From Spirochaetales bacterium (GTDB lineage Bacteria; Spirochaetota; Spirochaetia; JABEVK01): a stretch of 28,423 nt of DNA. The position numbers and the translations under genes were made by a program. The DNA is taken from positions 1-28,423 of the forward strand of contig JBAXAI010000043.1 in the NCBI GenBank assembly GCA_037142615.1. Direction: 5' to 3'. Shown here piece by piece: positions 9,191-15,042 of the stretch (position 1 is the first letter of the stretch; each line of letters starts with the position of its first letter). The notes below the pieces were generated by a model. The model saw only the letters and a program-made list of their open reading frames with translations, was not told the DNA's origin and did not search any database.

Positions 9191-9280
9191 ACGCCGAGAT
9201 CGCCGCGCGTAAGGCCCGCAGGGCCGTCGCACGGTAGCTCGGCGTGGGGGGCGTGTGAGAAGGTTCGACCTTGGTCGAAC
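9191..9280. repeat. Nested hairpin (9191-9245) and palindrome GTTCGACC-TT-GGTCGAAC (9263-9280)
   Basis: ACGCCGAG/CTCGGCGT outer stem enclosing GGCCC-GCA-GGGCC; separate perfect 8-bp inverted repeat. Confidence 0.6.
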
Positions 9281-9368
9281 TCAAAACACGGTGCAAAACT
9301 GACGCCCCCCGGCTCTTTGACGCAAGCAAAACCCACACAATCGCTGTTAGGGGTGGCAGAGGTAACCT

Positions 9369-10247
9369 ATGCCATATTCCCCTTTGACTTATGACCGCGT
9401 GTTCCGCTACGTGTTTGGCGAACCCGAGGGATTTCCGCTGCTGACCAGCCTGATCAACGCCTATTTCGAGATCGCCAAACTACCACCCGTGGTGTCGCTT
9501 GAGCTTCTCAATCCCGACCTGGCACCGCTGGCCATTGGCGAGAAGCGCACTGTCCTGGACGTGCTGGTACAGGACGAAACCGGAAGGAAAATCAACGTCG
9601 AGATCCAGACCACCCGCAAGTCGGCCTACTTTGAGCGTAGCCTGTTTCATTGGGCGAGATTGTATGCCAGGCAGTTGGTCGAGGGCGAGAACTATGCCGC
9701 GCTTCGGACAGTGGTAACGATCAACTTCCTCGAATACGAGACCTCGAAGGAAGAGCCACCCATTCACCAATCCCGGTTGCCCTTTACAGACCACTTGGTC
9801 ATCTTTCACGTGGAGCTCCCAAAACTGCTTCGCAGGAACACTGGCGACTTGAATTTCGCTGAGACTTGGGGCAAATTTCTGGAACAGCCCAGTGAAGACT
9901 GGACGCAAGCCCCAGGGCTTGGGCTGGTTCTGCAAGCCGCACAGCGCCGAATGGAGGAATATATGGCACTTACACCGCAGGTCTTGGGCGAAATCTACCG
10001 TGAACGCGCCCAGTTCGACGCCAACACCGAGAAGTACTTTGCTCGCAAGGAAGGCCTGGAAGAAGGCCGGGCTCAAGGCCTCAGCGAAGGCAAGCTGGAA
10101 GGCAAGCTGGAAGGAAAGTTGGAAGGAAAGCTGGAAGGAAAGCTGGAAGGAAAGCTGGAAGTTGCGCAGTTGATGCTGGCGCAGGGGATGCCCGTGGCCC
10201 AAGTGCTTGCCCTGACAGGACTCACGAGCAGCGATTTGGACCCATGA
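9369..10247 (+). CDS. Rpn family recombination-promoting nuclease / PD-(D/E)XK nuclease-family putative transposase
   Basis: DRVFRYVFG, LDVLV...INVEIQ (PD-(D/E)XK core), RSLFHWARLY, VVTINFL, ELPK, C-terminal EGxxEG repeats followed by an HTH-like LTGL tail. Confidence 0.92.
   Translation: MPYSPLTYDRVFRYVFGEPEGFPLLTSLINAYFEIAKLPPVVSLELLNPDLAPLAIGEKRTVLDVLVQDETGRKINVEIQTTRKSAYFERSLFHWARLYARQLVEGENYAALRTVVTINFLEYETSKEEPPIHQSRLPFTDHLVIFHVELPKLLRRNTGDLNFAETWGKFLEQPSEDWTQAPGLGLVLQAAQRRMEEYMALTPQVLGEIYRERAQFDANTEKYFARKEGLEEGRAQGLSEGKLEGKLEGKLEGKLEGKLEGKLEVAQLMLAQGMPVAQVLALTGLTSSDLDP
9963..10247 (+). CDS. Putative intragenic small protein (RpnS-like, in-frame C-terminal fragment of Rpn, 94 aa)
   Basis: GGAGGA at 9953-9958 then ATAT then in-frame ATG 9963 (MALTPQ...), placed just before the repeat/helical C-terminus. 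Confidence 0.5.
   Translation: MALTPQVLGEIYRERAQFDANTEKYFARKEGLEEGRAQGLSEGKLEGKLEGKLEGKLEGKLEGKLEVAQLMLAQGMPVAQVLALTGLTSSDLDP
10086..10160 (+). repeat. 12-bp coding tandem repeat GAAGG(C/A)AAG(C/T)TG x6 (EGKL repeats)
   Basis: Six consecutive units visible in the sequence. Confidence 0.95.
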
Positions 10248-10456
10248 CAGAGTTCAGCACCGACATCGTTGCCCGCATGATCGAAGACATCGCCCGCCTC
10301 AGCGCTCAGATTCTGACAGCCCGCCAGTTCGGCCTCGAGGACGAAGTACTCACCGAATTGGCCACCCTGGACGAGCAGGCCGACAAGCTTGACCCGGAGG
10401 CGCAAGCGAAGGTAAAGGCGCTGGTAGCGAGTCTGCGCGAGCAGCTTATTCTGTAG
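10244..10456 (+). CDS. Hypothetical 70-aa helical protein
   Basis: ATGA overlap with the rpn stop, host-like codon usage, amphipathic helical pattern (DIVARMIEDIARLSAQIL). Confidence 0.65.
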   Translation: MTEFSTDIVARMIEDIARLSAQILTARQFGLEDEVLTELATLDEQADKLDPEAQAKVKALVASLREQLIL

Positions 10457-10490
10457 TTCGGCATCCTCCCAACGGCCGAGTTAAAAGCCG

Positions 10491-10584
10491 GGCGCTCGGC
10501 TGCGCCGAGCGCCTACAGTTGTCCGCTGGCGCGGTCAACTGTCACCTATGCGCTCCGTTGACGACACGGAGTTGAACCTCGCCA
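10491..10584. repeat. 94-bp structured direct repeat, copy 1
   Basis: Matches 10726-10819 with 2 mismatches; three hairpins GGCGCTCGGC-TGC-GCCGAGCGCC, ACAGTTG...CAACTGT, CTCCGT...ACGGAG. Confidence 0.95.
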
Positions 10585-10599
10585 GCCCCCAACGGCCGG

Positions 10600-10892
10600 A
10601 GTCAAAAGCGGGCAGTGTCAAACGCGGCCCCGATGTTGAAGGCCAAATCACGGGGTGGCAGAGGGAAAGGGCGACGCGAACGTTACGAAGTACGTGAGCA
10701 GCGTCATTTCTCTCTGACGGGCCCCGGCGCTCGGCTGCGCCGAGCGCCTACAGTTGTCCGCTGGCGCAGTCAACTGTCACCTATGCGCTCCGTTGACGAC
10801 ACGGAGTTGCACCTCGCCAAAACTCCAACGGGACCCTGGGAACAATCTGCGGCGTCCGGGGCAGGCAATTGTCCCACTGCCCGCTTTTGGCT
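10600..10892. mobile_element. MITE/REP-like element bounded by inverted repeats
   Basis: CAAAAGCGGGCAGTG (10603-10617) is the exact reverse complement of CACTGCCCGCTTTTG (10875-10889), extending to 17/18 bp; interior is non-coding and stem-rich; no clear target-site duplication. Confidence 0.5.
10726..10819. repeat. 94-bp structured direct repeat, copy 2
   Basis: See copy 1; differences are GCGG/GCAG and GTTGAA/GTTGCA. Confidence 0.95.
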
Positions 10893-10897
10893 ACAAT
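10869..10897 (+). promoter_or_regulatory. Putative sigma70 promoter of alaS
   Basis: TTGTCC-17 bp-TACAAT, 10 nt before ATG 10908; no SD sequence. Confidence 0.55.
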
Positions 10898-10907
10898 AAG
10901 CGCCACC

Positions 10908-12704
10908 ATGACAGCCGCCGAACTTCGCCGCAAATACCTCGAGTTTTTTCAGTCCAAGGGCCACGCCGTGATCTCGGGCAAGAGCCTCATCCCCGAAAAC
11001 GACCCCACGGTGCTTTTCAACACCGCCGGGATGCAACCGCTGGTGCCGTACCTGCTGGGTGAAAAGCACCCGCTGGGCGTACGCCTTGCCGACGTGCAAA
11101 AGTGCGTGCGCACGGGCGACATCGACGAGGTGGGCGACCCCAGTCACCTGACCTTTTTCGAAATGCTGGGCAACTGGAGCCTGGGCGACTACTTCAAAAA
11201 GGACGCCATCGCCTTCAGCTACGAGTTCCTCACCAGCAAGGCTTGGCTGGGCATCGACCCCAAGAAGCTCTGGGTGACCGTGTTTGCCGGTGAGCCCGGG
11301 ATTCCCCGCGACGAGGACTCGGCCGACATCTGGAAGAGCCACGGCATCCCAGCCAGCCGCATCAGCTACCTGCCACGCAAGGACAACTGGTGGGGCCCCG
11401 CCGGCACCACGGGCCCCTGCGGTCCCGACAGCGAGATGTTCTACGACACGGGCCGCGTGTGCGCCAAGGGCGACGCGTGCGAGGGCCCAGCGTGCAACTG
11501 CCGCAAGTGGCTCGAGATCTGGAACGACGTGTTCATGCAGTACAACAAGGACGCCGACGGCAAGTACGTGTTGCTGGCCAAGCCCAACGTCGATACCGGC
11601 ATGGGCGTGGAGCGCACCAGCACGATCTTGCAGGGCAAAATGAGTGTGTACGAGACCGAACTGTTCGGCCCCATCCTCGCGGCCGTCGAAAAGGCCTCGG
11701 GGTACAAGTACGGCACCGACGAGGTACGCGACACCTACGTGCGCGTGGTGTGCGACCACGTGAAGACCAGTTGCTTCATCCTGGGCGACGACCTGGGCGT
11801 CAAACCCAGCAACGTGGGCCAAGGCTACGTGCTGCGCAAGCTCATCCGCCGCGCGGTCCGCAACGGCCGCAAGCTCGGCGTCTCCACCACCTTCCTCAAG
11901 ATTCCCGCCGCCGCTGTCCTTGAGATCTACAAAGGCGTGTACGATGAGGTCGTCGGCCGCGCCGAGATGATTTTCGAAGAACTCACCCACGAAGAGGAAC
12001 GCTTCCTCAAGACCCTCGAGCATGGCGAAAAGGAATGGGAGAAAATGCTCCCCGGCCTGCTCAAGAATCCGCAGAAAGTGGTCTCGGGCCGCACGGCGTT
12101 CAAGCTCTACGACACCTACGGTTTCCCCGTCGAGATCACCACCGACCTGGCCGCCGAAAACGGCATGACCGTGGACCGCGCCGGCTTCGACGAGGCGTTT
12201 GCCAAGCACCAGGAACTGAGTAAGGCCGGCGCGGACAAGACCTTCAAGGGCGGGTTGGCCGACCACAGCGAGATGACCACCGCGCTGCACACCGCGACGC
12301 ACCTCATGCACAAAGCGCTCCAGATGGTTTTGGGCGACCACGCGAGGCAAAAGGGCAGCAACATCACCCCCGAGCGGCTGCGTTTCGACTTCAGCCATGA
12401 TGCCAAAATGACCCCTGAGCAACTCGTTGAGGTAGAACGCCTTGTGAACGAGCAGATTGCCCGCAAGTTGCCAGTCACGATGACGCTGATGAGCATCACC
12501 GAGGCCAAGGCCCAGGGTGCCATGGCGCTGTTCGGCGAAAAGTACGAGGACACGATCAAGGTGTACCGCATCGGTGACTTCAGCATGGAAGTCTGTGGTG
12601 GGCCCCACGTCGAGAACACCGGCACGATGGGCAAGTTCAAGATCCAAAAGGAAGAAGCCTCGAGCGCGGGTGTGCGTCGCATCCGCGCGGTTCTCGAACT
12701 GTGA
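10908..12704 (+). CDS. alaS: Alanine--tRNA ligase (short form, ~598 aa, no C-Ala domain)
   Basis: LFNTAGMQPL, QKCVR, HLTFFEMLGNWSLGDYFK, EIWNDVFMQY, VDTGMGVER, GYVLRKLIRRA, LYDTYGFP, editing HTATH and CGGPH, GVRRI. Confidence 0.98.
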   Translation: MTAAELRRKYLEFFQSKGHAVISGKSLIPENDPTVLFNTAGMQPLVPYLLGEKHPLGVRLADVQKCVRTGDIDEVGDPSHLTFFEMLGNWSLGDYFKKDAIAFSYEFLTSKAWLGIDPKKLWVTVFAGEPGIPRDEDSADIWKSHGIPASRISYLPRKDNWWGPAGTTGPCGPDSEMFYDTGRVCAKGDACEGPACNCRKWLEIWNDVFMQYNKDADGKYVLLAKPNVDTGMGVERTSTILQGKMSVYETELFGPILAAVEKASGYKYGTDEVRDTYVRVVCDHVKTSCFILGDDLGVKPSNVGQGYVLRKLIRRAVRNGRKLGVSTTFLKIPAAAVLEIYKGVYDEVVGRAEMIFEELTHEEERFLKTLEHGEKEWEKMLPGLLKNPQKVVSGRTAFKLYDTYGFPVEITTDLAAENGMTVDRAGFDEAFAKHQELSKAGADKTFKGGLADHSEMTTALHTATHLMHKALQMVLGDHARQKGSNITPERLRFDFSHDAKMTPEQLVEVERLVNEQIARKLPVTMTLMSITEAKAQGAMALFGEKYEDTIKVYRIGDFSMEVCGGPHVENTGTMGKFKIQKEEASSAGVRRIRAVLEL

Positions 12705-13444
12705 TTCCCGACCTCGCCGCTTGGCAGTGGGCGCTCACCGGCACCTCGGGCTTCTTCGTCGGCATGGCCAAAACCGGCGTCGCTGGCTTGGGCCTCATTT
12801 TTGTGCCCATCATGGCCTTTGTGTACGGGGCGCGCGCCTCGACGGGTGTGCTGCTGCCCATGCTCAGCATGGGCGATGTGTTCGGCGTCAGCTACTACCG
12901 GCGCCACGCCGACGTCAAGCATCTGTTCCGGCTCGTCCCCTGGACCTTGATCGGGCTCGGGCTGGGCATTTGGCTCGGCGCCTCGCTGCCTGATGCGCTG
13001 TTCAAGAAGCTCATGGGCGCTCTGGTGCTCGTGCTCGTGGTGCTGATGTTTTGGCAGGAGAACCGCAAGGACAAGGAATCGGTGCCGACGGGGTGGTGGT
13101 TCCACGCGCTCGCGGGCACGGCGGCCGGGTTCGCGACCATGGTCGGCAACGCGGCCGGCCCGGTGATGAGCCTGTACCTGATTTCGATGCGCCTGCCCAA
13201 GAACGCCTTCATCGGCACTTCGGCGTGGTTCTTTTTGGCCATCAACGCGGTGAAGATCCCGCTGCAGATCATCTTCTGGAAGAACATCGACCTGTCGACG
13301 CTCACCATCGACCTGATGGCGCTCCCGTTCATCGCGGCAGGCGCCTTTGTCGGCCTCAAGGTGGTCGGCAAGATCCCCGAGAAGTGGTACAAGCCGTTCA
13401 TCCTGGTCACCACCGCGCTGACTGCGGTCTTCCTCCTCCTGTAG
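12701..13444 (+). CDS. Sulfite exporter TauE/SafE family membrane protein
   Basis: GMAKTGVAG, STGVLLPML..GD, GFATMVGNAAGP, FIGT.AWFF..IN..KIP; GTGA overlap with alaS. Confidence 0.88.
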   Translation: MIPDLAAWQWALTGTSGFFVGMAKTGVAGLGLIFVPIMAFVYGARASTGVLLPMLSMGDVFGVSYYRRHADVKHLFRLVPWTLIGLGLGIWLGASLPDALFKKLMGALVLVLVVLMFWQENRKDKESVPTGWWFHALAGTAAGFATMVGNAAGPVMSLYLISMRLPKNAFIGTSAWFFLAINAVKIPLQIIFWKNIDLSTLTIDLMALPFIAAGAFVGLKVVGKIPEKWYKPFILVTTALTAVFLLL

Positions 13445-13460
13445 TTTTCCCGAAACAAAG

Positions 13461-13494
13461 AAAAAGGCCGACCCATACCCGGGTCGGCCTTTTT
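13461..13494. terminator. Bidirectional rho-independent terminator
   Basis: AAAAAGGCCGACCC-ATACCC-GGGTCGGCCTTTTT between the convergent tauE and uraA genes. Confidence 0.92.
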
Positions 13495-13511
13495 ATTTTG
13501 AGAACGAGCGG

Positions 13512-14870
13512 TCAGTCGATTTCCGAGACCGATTCGTCGGGTTCAGCGGTCCACTTCAGCTTGTCGAAGATGAAGAACACCAGGCTGATGAAGATACCGA
13601 CCAGCGTCGCGAGCACCATGCCGGAAAGAGCGGTTCCGCCGACGTTGATCGACAGGCCCGAGATACCGACGACGAACACGATGGCCGACAGCAGCAGGTT
13701 GCGGCTCTTGGAGTAGTCAACCTTGGCTTCGACCAGCATGCGCAAGCCCGAGGCCGCGATCACGCCGTACAGCATCAGGCTGATGCCGCCGATGACCGGG
13801 GTGGGAATCGAGCTGATCAGGGCGCTGAGGTGACCAAAGAACGCGATGATGATCGAAATGACGGCGGCGCCGCCGATGACCCACACCGAATAGACCTTGG
13901 TGATCGCCATGACGCCCATGTTCTCGCCGTAGGTGGTCGTGGGGCAGGAGCCCGTGAAGCCCGACAGCATGGTCGACAGGCCGTCGCCGAGCATCGAGTT
14001 GTGCAGGCCAGGATCCTTGATCAGGTTGCGCTCAACGATGTTTCCGGTGACGAACAGGTGGCCGATGTGCTCGCTCATAACAACCAGCGACGCCGGCAGG
14101 ATGATGAGAATGGCACCCAGGTCAAACTGGGGGAAGATCATCTTGGGGAAGGCGAACAGCTGAGCGGTGCCGAGGGCGGCAAAACTCATGACGTGGGCGT
14201 CGGGGTACACGGCGTTCAGAATGAGCGCGAGCACGTAGCCCGCTACCAAACCGACCAGAACAGGAACGGCGGCCCACACCTTGCGGAAGACCATCGAACC
14301 GACGACGACGACACCCAGGGTGAACATCGAGATGACGGTCATCATGGGGTCAATGACGCCCGAGGCGAACTTGTCGCCAAAGGCCATCGAGGCAGCCACG
14401 TTGGCCAAGCCCAGACCGATGAGCGAGACGATGGGGCCCATGGCGGCGGCGGGCAGCACGATGGAGATCCACTTGCGGCCGGCGAACCGGATGATGAGCG
14501 ACACGATGACGAAGGCCAAGCCCGCGACCACGAAGCCGCCGGTGACTTGCGCGAACCCGACTTCAGCGCCGACGCCGCCGGTGGCGATTGACGTGGCCAG
14601 AATGGCACCGGTGGGCGCCAAGAAGGCGAACGACGAGCCGAGGAAGGCGGGGGCCTTTCCCTTGGTGACGAGGATGTAGATCAAGGTGCCGATACCGTTC
14701 ATCAGAAGCACGAGCGACGGGTCGACAACCTGCACTTTCGCAAAACTATTGAACAGGATGGGGACCAACACCGATGCCCCGAACATCGCGAACAGATGCT
14801 GGAAACTGAGCGGGATCGCCTTCAGGATGGGAACCTTTTGTTCAACCTGGATGATCTCTCGAATAGCCAT
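13512..14870 (-). CDS. uraA: Uracil permease (NCS2/NAT family)
   Basis: SFQHLFAMFGASVLVP, FLGSSFAF, EHIGH, PTTTYGENMGVMAITKV NAT signature of the UraA type; AGGAGG SD. Confidence 0.93.
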   Translation of the reverse strand: MAIREIIQVEQKVPILKAIPLSFQHLFAMFGASVLVPILFNSFAKVQVVDPSLVLLMNGIGTLIYILVTKGKAPAFLGSSFAFLAPTGAILATSIATGGVGAEVGFAQVTGGFVVAGLAFVIVSLIIRFAGRKWISIVLPAAAMGPIVSLIGLGLANVAASMAFGDKFASGVIDPMMTVISMFTLGVVVVGSMVFRKVWAAVPVLVGLVAGYVLALILNAVYPDAHVMSFAALGTAQLFAFPKMIFPQFDLGAILIILPASLVVMSEHIGHLFVTGNIVERNLIKDPGLHNSMLGDGLSTMLSGFTGSCPTTTYGENMGVMAITKVYSVWVIGGAAVISIIIAFFGHLSALISSIPTPVIGGISLMLYGVIAASGLRMLVEAKVDYSKSRNLLLSAIVFVVGISGLSINVGGTALSGMVLATLVGIFISLVFFIFDKLKWTAEPDESVSEID

Positions 14871-14901
14871 AGAAGCCTCCTAAGATTACAACTCTGCCGC
14901 C

Positions 14902-14930
14902 ATGCTACGCCCGTTCTGTGCTGGCGTCAA
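14902..14930 (-). promoter_or_regulatory. Sigma70 promoter of uraA with AT-rich upstream element
   Basis: TTGACG-17 bp-TAGCAT on the minus strand; AT-rich tract at 14931-14980 upstream. Confidence 0.7.
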
Positions 14931-14986
14931 TGTAAATCCGAATTAATACGTTAAATCTATATCTAGAAACAATTAAAAGTCGTATC

Positions 14987-15010
14987 TCTCCCCGTGGACG
15001 CTCGGGGAGA
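14987..15010 (-). terminator. Hairpin downstream of the Mo-hydroxylase large subunit (possible operon terminator)
   Basis: TCTCCCCG-8 nt-CGGGGAGA; the U-tract is displaced by ~9 nt. Confidence 0.4.
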
Positions 15011-15042
15011 ATGCTGGTTTGCGCAGAAGTCCTCCTTGGGTT

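Noticed and set aside
9263-9280. LexA (SOS) box
   Set aside because: The GTTC-N10-GAAC arrangement does not match the GAAC-N4-GTTC, GTTC-N7-GTTC or CTGT-N8-ACAG boxes; kept only as an unassigned palindrome.
9369-10247. Complete IS element around the Rpn 'transposase'
   Set aside because: No terminal inverted repeats or target duplication bracket the gene, and Rpn proteins are not demonstrated transposases.
10491-10584. tRNA gene (three-hairpin look, GCCA end)
   Set aside because: No acceptor stem, no TTCGA T-loop and no D-loop consensus.
10468-10819. CRISPR array
   Set aside because: Only two long (94-bp) copies with no regular repeat-spacer period and no cas genes.
10615-10899. 94-aa ORF in the repeat region
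   Set aside because: It lies wholly within the palindromic repeats, has Arg/Gly-rich non-protein-like composition and lacks an SD.
10457-10907. T-box riboswitch upstream of alaS
   Set aside because: No GGTGGTACCGCG-type T-box motif or terminator/antiterminator before the ATG, and the likely promoter lies downstream of the structured region.
10770-12647. 625-aa antisense ORF and other long shadow ORFs (2462-3928, 16108-17505, 24448-25926, 25971-27512)
   Set aside because: They mirror well-supported genes on the opposite strand, as expected from high-GC codon bias, and show no recognisable motifs.
14871-14990. PyrR attenuator upstream of uraA
   Set aside because: The predicted leader is only ~25 nt and has no AGTCCAGAGAGG-type PyrR loop or terminator.
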